Assembly: GCA_002104945.1 (NCBI GenBank)
Contig: MCFH01000003.1
Coordinates: forward strand, 434,001-498,000
Origin: Piromyces finnis finn
Lineage: Eukaryota; Fungi; Neocallimastigomycota
Direction: 5' to 3'
DNA length: 64,000 nt
Position numbers and translations under genes: made by a program. The first letter of the stretch is position 1, and the number at the start of each line of letters is the position of its first letter. The notes below the pieces were generated by a model. The model had not been told where the DNA came from. It worked only from the letters and a program-made list of their open reading frames with translations, and did not search any database. Positions 1-11,400 of the stretch are shown piece by piece.

Positions 1-881
1 TTTTGCTGAAAGTATTTGGAATTTATTATGACTGAGAATAGATTCCTTTTCCTCAATACATTTTAATCTATTCCATTTCAGAATTTTCTTAGGAACATTA
101 AAGTCATTAGAAAAATCTTCCATAGGAATAATTTTACCATTAATAAGAAGTGGCTTATGGTCTGATACAGGATAAAAATTATTTATAAATGATCCTGAGT
201 GAATAAGATCTTTCATCTTCGAATTGATAAGAGCATGGTCAATGTCGGAAGATTGATCACCTCGAGTCCAAGAGATAGTAGACCCTCTAAGCGGAAGAAT
301 TTCCCAATCTCCTAATCCATTAGTTGATAACCAGTTGGATAATTTTACTTTAGACATATTAAAATCACCAACAAGAATCGATGGATGGGATGAATGAGTT
401 TGTAACCACAAGCGAACTTCTAACTTTGCATGATCAACATAGATGTTGTGATGACTATGAGGCATATAAACATTTCCAATCGAGCATTTGAATCTATTCC
501 AGAGACTAAAAGTATAAATAGAAATAATATACTTTCCAGAGAAGTTTTCAAGTGAGGCTTGACACGAATTGTGAAAACCTAAATATAAACCTCTCATTCC
601 AGGAACTGATTCATCAGCTTTCTTGAAAAAGTGTCTATAGTTTCGCAAAGTAACACGACAAGGATAATCTGTATTCGATCCAGAACCATTACCAGTTTCT
701 TGGAAACATAAAAATAATGGTTTGAAAATAGCTGTGAAATAGCTAATACTATCTCTCTTTTCATGATTCCACCCATTAGTGTTCCAACTAAGACAAAAAG
801 AAAAGTTATCAGGCTTGATGGATGAGGAAGAATCGTTGCTGTTATTATTATTATCAAGGTCATCATTATTAATGGATGATG
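1..881 (-). mobile_element. Non-LTR retrotransposon copy E0, internal fragment (APE endonuclease region), 5'-truncated at about 881 and continuing out of the window to the left
   Basis: Near-identical to E1 at about 4197-5076. Homology stops after ...aatggatgatg and is followed by gagggcaactgaaatgac and then the poly(T) of E1. Confidence 0.93.
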
Positions 882-895
882 AGGGCAACTGAAAT

Positions 896-899
<4 letters not shown>
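881..899. repeat. Left copy of a 19-bp target-site duplication (gagggcaactgaaatgact)
   Basis: Recurs with 1 mismatch at 26405-26423 (gagggaaactgaaatgact), directly after the 5' end of the last element of the array. The left copy directly precedes the E1 poly(T). Confidence 0.8.
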
Positions 900-934
<35 letters not shown>

Positions 935-3900
935 GGCATCAAATATTTTAAACTTTATTATTAATTTAATTAAAATTATAATACATGTAATAAAAAATTA
1001 AAAATAAATAAAAATAAAAAAAAATATGTTTAATAAACACAAATGAATAAAAATTGGGTATAATGTATTCTAGTAATTTTAATTAAAGTAAGAAAGCCAC
1101 TATCATACTAAAGTATAATAATTGTATTTGACTTCCAATGGGACACCGAGCCAAAGATCAAAATTTTGTCATGGAACAAAATTATGATCTCCATTGGTTG
1201 CGCTGGCCCTCCTGGCCTGTCTTACTGTTTCTTCAGCATTGACGCTCTTGGATGTTGCTTCAAACCTTTTGAACATTGACCATTGCTGGCCAATAGCAAA
1301 AGGCATGATTTTGGTTAGAAGTTCCGCGGTTACCGTCAAGAATGGTGTTCCTTCATTAGTACCAGATTGAATCTGACGCTTACAAAGTTCTTTCCATTCC
1401 CTTGAATTGTAATTAATATTGTTAAAACTTCTTCCCCCAAGAAGGAATTTAAATATTTTACTGCACACACTAGAATAATCATACACATTAATATTCACCG
1501 GATTATTAGAACTATTACTATCATTAACTAAATTACTATCTAAATTAGAATTATTATCTTCACTATTGCTATCATTATTAATATTATTATTTCTATTACT
1601 ACTATTGTTATTATTACTATTTCTATTATTACTATTACTACTATTGTTATTATTACTATTGTTATAATTATTATTGTTACTATTACTATTACTGTTATTG
1701 CTATCTCTACTGATATTATCAATTTCATTATTATTGATAGGACTATTGGAATTACGTTGACTGAAAAAATTTAATAGCTGGACTATGGAATCATAATGTT
1801 TAATACGGATATCTCTAAATGTTGGACAATCTAATAACCAATGTTTAATACTTTGATCTCCACACTTGCAACATGGACAGTAGTTAGGACAAACTGGATC
1901 AACAAATTTAGCAGCTTTGGCAACTCTAGCATCCAACTTATATCCGCTTCTTGCTTTCAATAGCCAGTAGAAGCCATAGGCAAACTCTGGGTACTCATAA
2001 CATAATTTAATAAAATCTTTAGTTTCAATAAATTTATTATCATCATAATATTGCGCTTTGATTGAATTCCCTTTGAGATCTTTCCAATAAAAGTTTTTAA
2101 CTGCTTTAACATCTCCATGCTTCTTTAGTTTTTTTTCAAGTGTCCTACTTGATTTGCACCACGTGTATTTTCTAAATTTAGGAATGTAATTGACAAGGTG
2201 TGAGATAATACAATTTGAGTTTTTCCATTTGTTAAAACATCTAACCTGAGCTAACGCACATTTGGCTGACAATGGAGGAATATTCAAATCTTTTGAGATA
2301 GAGTATAAAGATATAAACGATACGGCTTTATGAACTCCGGCAACCCATCGTATTCCTTTGTTAACATGCTTCTGAGCAATCCTAGACCTAGCTTTGTTGG
2401 ATCCAAGTAATGGTGCAAAGTATGAAACTCTGCTAATCACTTGAGAGTTAAGTACTAGTTTTTTGAAAGGAATAGGAATATTAGGATTTCTTAAGAATTT
2501 ACTGACTGAGAAAAGTCCTTTCAAAACCTTGTTATTAAGAACTTTAATTACTGGTTTAAGGGACAAATTCTTATCAAATGGAACACCAAGATAAGTATAA
2601 CAATCAGTAGTTGGAATGGGTTGTCCTGCTAAGTAAAATGTTGGATCTCTCTTGTTCTGATTTTCTATTGATTCAGGACGAATCACCATCGTTGAACATT
2701 TCTGGATACCAAATTCCATTTCATTATACAAGGCCCATTCATTAACTCTTCTAAGCATCTTTTTTAAGCATCCTCTTGTTGGAGCACAAATAACTATATC
2801 ATCTGCAAAAAGTCCACCACAGCATCGAGTGTCACCTAAACTAACTCCGAGATCTTCACACTCTTTAAATATATCATTAATAAAGAGATTAAAGAGAATA
2901 GGAGAAAGAGGGCAACCTTGACGGACTCCTTTCTTCACATCAAAAGATTTCGAGAATTGTCCATCTAATTTGACATTAGCCTTAGATGTTAAATATAAAT
3001 TTTTGATAAATTGTAAACTCTTACCTCGGATTCCTAAACAATCTAATTTATGGAGAATATTACCGATTGGGACTGAATCGTATGCTTTCCTGAGATCTAA
3101 AAAGGCCAAATATGTCTCTTTATTATCTAATTGACGTCTACGGCATATTTCTTGGATTGAAATGAAAAGACTGATACTTTCTTCCTTTTTTCGAAAACCA
3201 AATTGTTCAGGTCTAATGAAATTATTCTTTAGACCATATTCTGAGATTCTAGTGGTGACAATTTTGGAGATCAACTTAATACCATTATTGATAAGTGATA
3301 TACCTCGATAGTTATCACAATCTGTCAAATCTCCCTTCTTAGGAATAGAAACAATACTGGATTCATTCCATGAGTTGGGGAAATCTCCATCCCAAATACG
3401 GTTAAATAATTTAAGAATAAAATTTAAACCATGAGCGTCATTATCTGAAGTAGTATTACCAGAAGAATTATTACCTGTAGCATTATTAGAATCATTACTT
3501 GATGGAATTAATGCTTTGTAAAATTCAATTGGAATACCATCTGGACCTGATGCTTTATAATTTGGAGTAGAGAGGATAGCTGACTTGACTTCATCAATAC
3601 TAATATCTTGGTTGATATCCCACTCATCAAGCATAGGAAGTGAAAAACGTTTATTCATTGGTTCTTCATACCAATGCTCAAAATCAAGACTTACACCACT
3701 TGGGTCTGATGCAAGATTTTCGAAATGATCATGCCACACTTCTAGTTGTTCTTCCGTAGCAACAACTAATTCTCCATTTTTATTTTTAATTGGTTGAGCA
3801 ATAAAGAAAGAATCTTTTCCAATTTTTGCAGTTTTCTTGATCCATTTCCAGGCCTTCTTAGGATTATGACTCTTCATATACTCACATCCTGTTTTAATCC

Positions 3901-6466
3901 AATGAAGATATTCTTGTTTCCTAAATTCATTACATCTTTTGTGGATGTAATCAATGAGCTTACGGTAGATTTTAATTCTTTTAATAAATTCATCTATATC
4001 ATAAATTCTTTCTTTTTTAAATCTCTTATACAACTTCATTTTGATTTTTTGAAGATTAAAAATTTGTTGTGAAATATGAAATGAAGACTTTATAACATTA
4101 TTTGCTGAAGTAATACTGAGCTCGTCTGCAATTGAAAAAGCAGTTGAAGTAAACTCTTTGGAAAGTTCATCTGTTGAAACATTAGGATCGTTGAATTTTG
4201 CTGAAAGTATTTGGAATTTATTATGACTGAGAATAGATTCCTTTTCCTCAATACATTTTAATCTATTCCATTTCAGAATTTTCTTAGGAACATTAAAGTC
4301 ATTAGAAAAATCTTCCATAGGAATAATTTTACCATTAATAAGAAGTGGCTTATGGTCTGATACAGGATAAAAATTATTTATAAATGATCCTGAGTGAATA
4401 AGATCTTTCATCTTCGAATTGATAAGAGCATGGTCAATGTCGGAAGATTGATCACCTCGAGTCCAAGAGATAGTAGACCCTCTAAGCGGAAGAATTTCCC
4501 AATCTCCTAATCCATTAGTTGATAACCAGTTGGATAATTTTACTTTAGACATATTAAAATCACCAACAAGAATCGATGGATGGGATGAATGAGTTTGTAA
4601 CCACAAGCGAACTTCTAACTTTGCATGATCAACATAGATGTTGTGATGACTATGAGGCATATAAACATTTCCAATCGAGCATTTGAATCTATTCCAGAGA
4701 CTAAAAGTATAAATAGAAATAATATACTTTCCAGAGAAGTTTTCAAGTGAGGCTTGACACGAATTGTGAAAACCTAAATATAAACCTCTCATTCCAGGAA
4801 CTGATTCATCAGCTTTCTTGAAAAAGTGTCTATAGTTTCGCAAAGTAACACGACAAGGATAATCTGTATTCGATCCAGAACCATTACCAGTTTCTTGGAA
4901 ACATAAAAATAATGGTTTGAAAATAGCTGTGAAATAGCTAATACTATCTCTCTTTTCATGATTCCACCCATTAGTGTTCCAACTAAGACAAAAAGAAAAG
5001 TTATCAGGCTTGATGGATGAGGAAGAATCGTTGCTGTTATTATTATTATCAAGGTCATCATTATTAATGGATGATGCATCAGAGGAATAAGTAGAACTAT
5101 TACTAGATGGCTGTGAAACTGAAGAACTATCAACTATTGAACTGTTAGCAGAGTTGATAGAGCTATTAGAATTAATTGTTGAATGTTGAGATTGAAATTG
5201 TGTTTGCTGTAGATCTGGAATATTTTCATGATGGGAAACTTGTTGAAGATCTTGTTGAAGATCTTGTTGAAGATCGGATTGTTGATGAGATTGTTGAACT
5301 GATTGTTGAAATAATTGTTGAATAGAATGTTGATGTTTATTAGAAACTAAAATTTTACGTTTGAGAGTGGAAAAAGTGTATTTGTGATTCCTTCTACTAC
5401 GAGCTGAAAAGGAAATTGAGGTAACTGAAAGTTTCTTCTTTAACATGTGTAAGATTTTAATACAATCTTTTGATGAACCATGAACCTTGACTAAGAAAAA
5501 GTGATCATTGAAAGTCTGAAAATATTTAACACTAATAACTGAATTAAATTTATCTTCTAGAATAACCTCGAGTTTTTCCCATAGCATATTTACTGACCAT
5601 GATCGAATACCACGGATAAAGAAGGAGCGAATATCATCTAAGGGGATACCATAAGACCGGGTACCACGTCTGATATAATTCTTATCTTTAATATAAAGGA
5701 CTGACATGATAATAAATTCTAATTAAAAAATATTGAATATAAAATAAATACTAATAAAAATTACAAATATAACGTATATGGAAAAAATCTGTCTCTCTCT
5801 CTCTTCTTAAAAGTACTGGATAGTACAAAAATTGTTACGATGCTTTGTTTAAAGTTTCTTTTTTTTTGAATTCTAGTTGTAAATTTTCTTTAAAAATTCT
5901 AGTTTTGGTTTGTTGTTAGTAAATTCGATTCGCTTTTTGACACTAAAATTGTTTGACTTTACTTTTCATTAAATATTTAAATTGGTAAAAAATTTGAATC
6001 AAGAATGTCGACACCAGAAAGCTTGTGAATAGTATTTTTACATGATGTAGAGTGAATCAGTCTCTTACAAGAAACAATACAACAATAGCTACATGAATAT
6101 AAAAGTACAATGCAAATGCTAAAGTTGACTACATTGGATTCTTACAAGAGAAGAGTAGTACTACATGAATACATGAATAAAAGAAAAAATACAGCAACAA
6201 AATGTATTACTCTTCTAATTAAATACTATACAAACTTACCTGAAAAATCAAACATTCACTTATTCATCAAATACTTAAATTTGATGAATAAAATGTTTTT
6301 TAATCGCTCAGTACCATGAGCTTAGTCCTAATAATTTTCCCTTGAAGACTAACCAAGCATCCATTGCGCAATGCTTGGATTTAATTCTTTCTACTCTCTC
6401 AGTACCATGAGCATGAGTAGACCCCCTTGAGAAATTACATTTATTAAATAAATGAAGGCACATTCC
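899..6466 (-). mobile_element. Non-LTR retrotransposon copy E1, near full length with intact ORF; 5' end stops inside the first 124-bp repeat
   Basis: Poly(A) tail reads as poly(T) at 899-931, followed by the 3'UTR, ORF 1169-5707 and a 5'UTR to ...gaaggcacattcc (6466), where the E2 poly(T) begins. Confidence 0.96.
1169..5707 (-). CDS. LINE-type polyprotein, 1512 aa: N-terminal domain, Q/S/N-rich linker, APE endonuclease, reverse transcriptase, CCHC zinc knuckle, Asn-rich tract
   Basis: APE motifs SWNTNG, LCFQET, LVGDFN, SDIDHAL, VSDHKPL. RT motifs KASGPDGIP, NYRGISL, QFGFR, FLDLRKAYDSV, GVRQGCPLSPILFN, FADD, YTYLGV. Knuckle CPCCKCGDQSIKHWLLDC. Confidence 0.96.
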   Translation of the reverse strand: MSVLYIKDKNYIRRGTRSYGIPLDDIRSFFIRGIRSWSVNMLWEKLEVILEDKFNSVISVKYFQTFNDHFFLVKVHGSSKDCIKILHMLKKKLSVTSISFSARSRRNHKYTFSTLKRKILVSNKHQHSIQQLFQQSVQQSHQQSDLQQDLQQDLQQVSHHENIPDLQQTQFQSQHSTINSNSSINSANSSIVDSSSVSQPSSNSSTYSSDASSINNDDLDNNNNSNDSSSSIKPDNFSFCLSWNTNGWNHEKRDSISYFTAIFKPLFLCFQETGNGSGSNTDYPCRVTLRNYRHFFKKADESVPGMRGLYLGFHNSCQASLENFSGKYIISIYTFSLWNRFKCSIGNVYMPHSHHNIYVDHAKLEVRLWLQTHSSHPSILVGDFNMSKVKLSNWLSTNGLGDWEILPLRGSTISWTRGDQSSDIDHALINSKMKDLIHSGSFINNFYPVSDHKPLLINGKIIPMEDFSNDFNVPKKILKWNRLKCIEEKESILSHNKFQILSAKFNDPNVSTDELSKEFTSTAFSIADELSITSANNVIKSSFHISQQIFNLQKIKMKLYKRFKKERIYDIDEFIKRIKIYRKLIDYIHKRCNEFRKQEYLHWIKTGCEYMKSHNPKKAWKWIKKTAKIGKDSFFIAQPIKNKNGELVVATEEQLEVWHDHFENLASDPSGVSLDFEHWYEEPMNKRFSLPMLDEWDINQDISIDEVKSAILSTPNYKASGPDGIPIEFYKALIPSSNDSNNATGNNSSGNTTSDNDAHGLNFILKLFNRIWDGDFPNSWNESSIVSIPKKGDLTDCDNYRGISLINNGIKLISKIVTTRISEYGLKNNFIRPEQFGFRKKEESISLFISIQEICRRRQLDNKETYLAFLDLRKAYDSVPIGNILHKLDCLGIRGKSLQFIKNLYLTSKANVKLDGQFSKSFDVKKGVRQGCPLSPILFNLFINDIFKECEDLGVSLGDTRCCGGLFADDIVICAPTRGCLKKMLRRVNEWALYNEMEFGIQKCSTMVIRPESIENQNKRDPTFYLAGQPIPTTDCYTYLGVPFDKNLSLKPVIKVLNNKVLKGLFSVSKFLRNPNIPIPFKKLVLNSQVISRVSYFAPLLGSNKARSRIAQKHVNKGIRWVAGVHKAVSFISLYSISKDLNIPPLSAKCALAQVRCFNKWKNSNCIISHLVNYIPKFRKYTWCKSSRTLEKKLKKHGDVKAVKNFYWKDLKGNSIKAQYYDDNKFIETKDFIKLCYEYPEFAYGFYWLLKARSGYKLDARVAKAAKFVDPVCPNYCPCCKCGDQSIKHWLLDCPTFRDIRIKHYDSIVQLLNFFSQRNSNSPINNNEIDNISRDSNNSNSNSNNNNYNNSNNNNSSNSNNRNSNNNNSSNRNNNINNDSNSEDNNSNLDSNLVNDSNSSNNPVNINVYDYSSVCSKIFKFLLGGRSFNNINYNSREWKELCKRQIQSGTNEGTPFLTVTAELLTKIMPFAIGQQWSMFKRFEATSKSVNAEETVRQARRASATNGDHNFVP

Positions 6467-8218
6467 TTTTTTTTTTTTTTTTTTTTTTTTTTAACGGCAT
6501 CAAATATTTTAAACTTTATTATTAATTTAATTAAAATTATAATACATGTAATATAAAAATTAAAATAAAATAAAAATAAAAAAAAATATGTTTAAATAAA
6601 CACAAATGAATAAAAATTGGGTATAATGTATTCTAGTAATTTTAATTAAAGTAAGAAAGCCACTATCATACTAAAGTATAATAATTGTATTTGACTTCCA
6701 ATGGGACACCGAGCCAAAGATCAAAATTTTATCATGGGACAAAATTATGATCTCCATTGGTTGCGCTGGCCCTCCTGGCCTGTCTTACTGTTTCTTCAGC
6801 ATTGACGCTCTTGGATGTTGCTTCAAACCTTTTGAACATTGACCATTGCTGGCCAATAGCAAAAGGCATGATTTTGGTTAGAAGTTCCGCGGTTACCGTC
6901 AAGAATGGTGTTCCTTCGTTAGTACCAGATTGAATCTGACGCTTACAAAGTTCTTTCCATTCCCTTGAATTGTAATTAATATTGTTAAAACTTCTTCCCC
7001 CAAGAAGGAATTTAAATATTTTACTGCACACACTAGAATAATCATACACATTAATATTCACCGGATTATTAGAACTATTACTATCATTAACTAAATTACT
7101 ATCTAAATTAGAATTATTATCTTCACTATTGCTATCATTACTAATATTATTATTTCTATTACTACTATTGTTATTATTACTATTGTTACTATTACTATTG
7201 TTATTATTACTATTGTTACTATTACTATTAATAATATTACTATCTCTACTGATATTATCAATTTCATTATTATTGATAGGACTATTGGAATTACGTTGAC
7301 TGAAAAAATTTAATAGCTGGACTATGGAATCATAATGTTTAATACGGATATCTCTAAATGTTGGACAATCTAATAACCAATGTTTAATACTTTGATCTCC
7401 ACACTTGCAACATGGACAGTAGTTAGGACAAACTGGATCAACAAATTTGGCAGCTTTGGCAACTCTAGCATCCAACTTGTATCCGCTTCTTGCTTTCAAT
7501 AGCCAGTAGAAGCCATAGGCAAACTCTGGGTACTCATAACATAATTTAATAAAATCTTTAGTATCAATAAACTTATTATCATCATAATATTGCGCTTTGA
7601 TTGAATTCCCTTTGAGATCTTTCCAATAAAAGTTTTTAACTGCTTTAACATCTCCATGTTTCTTTAGTTTTTTATCAAGTGTCCTACTTGATTTGCACCA
7701 CGTGTATTTTCTAAATTTAGGAATGTAATTGACAAGGTGTGAGATAATACAATTTGAGTTTTTCCATTTGTTAAAACATCTAACCTGAGCTAATGCACAT
7801 TTGGCTGACAATGGAGGAATATTCAAATCTTTTGAGATAGAGTATAAAGATATAAACGATACAGCTTTATGAACTCCGGCAACCCATCGTATTCCTTTGT
7901 TAACATGCTTCTGTGCAATCCTAGACCTGGCTTTGTTGGATCCAAGTAATGGTGCAAAGTATGAAACTCTGCTAATCACTTGTGAGTTAAGTACTAGCTT
8001 TTTGAAGGGAATAGGAATATTAGGATTTCTTAAGAATTTACTGACTGAGAAAAGTCCTTTCAAAACCTTGTTATTAAGAGCTTTAATAACTGGTTTAAGG
8101 GACAGATTCTTATCAAATGGAACACCAAGATAAGTATAACAATCAGTAGTTGGAATGGGTTGTCCTGCTAAGTAAAATGTTGGATCTCTCTTGTTCTGAT
8201 TTTCTATTGATTCAGGAC

Positions 8219-8220
<2 letters not shown>
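6467..8220 (-). mobile_element. Copy E2, 3' part (5'-truncated element interrupted by E3)
   Basis: Poly(T) 6467-6492, 3'UTR and C-terminal ORF portion (6732-8063). Breaks at tgattcaggacga (8208-8220) and resumes at about 13885. Confidence 0.93.
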
Positions 8221-8252
<32 letters not shown>

Positions 8253-8489
8253 GGCATCAAATATTATAAACTTTATTATTAATTTAATTAAAATTATAAT
8301 ACATGTAATAAAAAATTAAAAAATAAAAATAAAAATAAAAAAAATATGTTTAAATAAACACAAATGAATAAAAATTGGGTATAATGTATTCTAGTAATTT
8401 TAATTAAAGTAAGAAAGCCACTATCATACTAAAGTATAATAATTGTATTTGACTTCCAATGGGACACCGAGCCAAAGACCAAAATTTTA

Positions 8490-11400
8490 TCATGGGACAA
8501 AATTATGATCTCCATTGGTTGCGCTGGCCCTCCTGGCCTGTCTTACTGTTTCTTCAGCATTGACGCTCTTGGATGTTGCTTCAAACCTTTTGAACATTGA
8601 CCATTGCTGGCCAATAGCAAAAGGCATGATTTTGGTTAGAAGTTCCGCGGTTACCGTCAAGAATGGTGTTCCTTCGTTAGTACCAGATTGAATCTGACGC
8701 TTACAAAGTTCTTTCCATTCCCTTGAATTGTAATTAATATTGTTAAAACTTCTTCCCCCAAGAAGGAATTTAAATATTTTACTGCACACACTAGAATAAT
8801 CATACACATTAATATTCATCGGATTATTAGAACTATTACTATTATTAACTAAATTACTATCTAAATTAGAATTATTATCTTCACTATTGCTATCATTACT
8901 AATATTATTATTTCTATTACTACTATTGTTATTATTACTATTGTTATTATTAATATTATTACTATTACTATTACTGTTATTGCTATCTCTGCTGATATTA
9001 ACATTTTCATTATTATTGATAGGACTATTGGAATTACGTTGACTGAAAAAATTTAATAGCTGGACTATAGAATCATAATGTTTAATACGGATATCTCTAA
9101 ATGTTGGACAATCTAATAACCAATGTTTAATACTTTGATCTCCACACTTGCAACATGGACAATAGTTAGGACAAACTGGATCAACAAATTTAGCAGCTTT
9201 GGCAACTCTAGCATCCAACTTGTATCCGCTTCTTGCTTTCAATAGCCAGTAGAAGCCATAGGCAAACTCTGGGTACTCATAACATAATTTAATAAAATCT
9301 TTAGTTTCAATAAATTTATTATCATCATAATATTGCGCTTTGATTGAATTCCCTTTGAGATCTTTCCAATAAAAGTTTTTAACTGCTTTAACATCTCCAT
9401 GTTTTTTTAATTTTTTATCAAGTGTCCTACTTGATTTGCACCACGTGTATTTTCTAAATTTAGGAATGTAATTGACAAGGTGTGAGATAATACAATTTGA
9501 GTTTTTCCATTTGTTAAAACATCTAACCTGAGCTAACGCACATTTGGCTGACAATGGAGGAATATTCAAATCTTTTGAGATAGAGTATAAAGATATAAAC
9601 GATACAGCTTTATGAACTCCGGCAACCCATCGTATTCCTTTGTTAACATGCTTCTGAGCAATCCTAGACCTAGCTTTGTTGGATCCAAGTAATGGTGCAA
9701 AGTATGAAACTCTGCTAATCACTTGAGAGTTAAGTACTAGTTTTTTGAAAGGAATAGGAATATTAGGATTTCTTAAGAATTTACTGACTGAGAAAAGCCC
9801 TTTCAAAACCTTGTTATTAAGAGCTTTAATTACTGGTTTAAGGGACAGATTCTTATCAAATGGAACACCAAGATAAGTATAACAATCAGTAGTTGGAATG
9901 GGTTGTCCTGCTAAGTAAAATGTTGGATCTCTCTTGTTCTGATTTTCTATTGATTCAGGACGAATCACCATCGTTGAACATTTCTGGATACCAAATTCCA
10001 TTTCATTATACAATGCCCATTCATTAACTCTTCTAAGCATCTTTTTTAAGCATCCTCTTGTTGGAGCACAAATAACTATATCATCTGCAAAAAGTCCACC
10101 ACAGCATCGAGTGTCACCTAAACTGACTCCTAGATCTTCGCACTCTCTAAATATATCATTAATAAAGAGATTAAAGAGAATAGGAGAAAGAGGGCAACCT
10201 TGACGGACTCCTTTCTTCACATCAAAAGATTTCGAGAATTGTCCATCTAATTTGACATTAGCCTTAGATGTTAAATATAAATTTTTGATGAATTGTAGAC
10301 TCTTACCTCGGATTCCTAAACAATCTAATTTATGGAGAATATTACCGATTGGGACTGAATCGTATGCTTTCCTGAGATCTAAAAAGGCCAAATATGTCTC
10401 TTTATTATCTAATTGACGTCTACGGCATATTTCTTGGATTGAAATGAAAAGACTAATACTTTCTTCCTTTTTTCGAAAACCAAATTGTTCAGGTCTAATG
10501 AAATTATTCTTTAGACCATATTCTGAGATTCTAGTGGTGACAATTTTGGAAATCAACTTAATACCATTATTGATAAGTGATATACCTCGATAGTTATCAC
10601 AATCTGTCAAATCTCCCTTCTTAGGAATAGAAACAATACTGGATTCATTCCAAGAGCTGGGGAAATCTCCATCCCAAATACGGTTGAATAATTTAAGAAT
10701 AAAATTTAAACCATGAGCATCATTATCTGAAGTAGTATTACTGGAAGAATTATTATCTGTAGCATTATTAGAATCATTACTTGATGGAACTAATGCTTTG
10801 TAAAATTCAATTGGAATACCATCCGGACCTGATGCTTTATAATTTGGAGTAGTGAGGATAGCTGACTTGACTTCATCAATACTAATATCTTGGTTGATAT
10901 CCCACTCATCAAGCATAGGAAGTGAAAAACGTTTATTCGTTGGTTCTTCATACCAATGCTCCAAATCAAGACTTACACCACTTGGGTCTGATGCAAGATT
11001 TTCGAAATGATCATGCCACACATCTAGTTGTTCTTCCGTAGCAACAACTAATTCTCCATTTTTATTTTTAATTGGTTGAGCAATAAAGAAAGAATCTTTT
11101 CCAATTTTTGCAGTTTTCTTGATCCATTTCCAGGCCTTCTTAGGATTATGACTCTTCATATACTCACATCCTGTTTTAATCCAATGAAGATATTCTTGCT
11201 TCCTAAATTCATTACATCTTTTGTGGATGTAATCAATGAGCTTACGGTAGATTTTAATTCTTTTAATAAATTCATCTATATCATAAATTCTTTCTTTTTT
11301 AAATCTCTTATACAACTTCATTTTGATTTTTTGAAGATTAAAAATTTGTTGTGAAATATGAAATGAAGACTTTATAACATTATTTGCTGAAGTAATACTG

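Noticed and set aside
3794-4072. Recurrent 92-aa + strand ORF (also 11076, 16866, 22689, 51380) and 78-aa + strand ORF (7897, 15430, 21260, 49944)
   Set aside because: Antisense shadows of the polyprotein; they recur only because the copies are near-identical.
4789-5133. 114-aa alternative-frame ORF (also 594, 12071, 17861, 52375) and Ile-rich 62-66 aa ORFs (1540, 49114)
   Set aside because: Off-frame readings of low-complexity Ser/Asn codons that look hydrophobic; no independent evidence.
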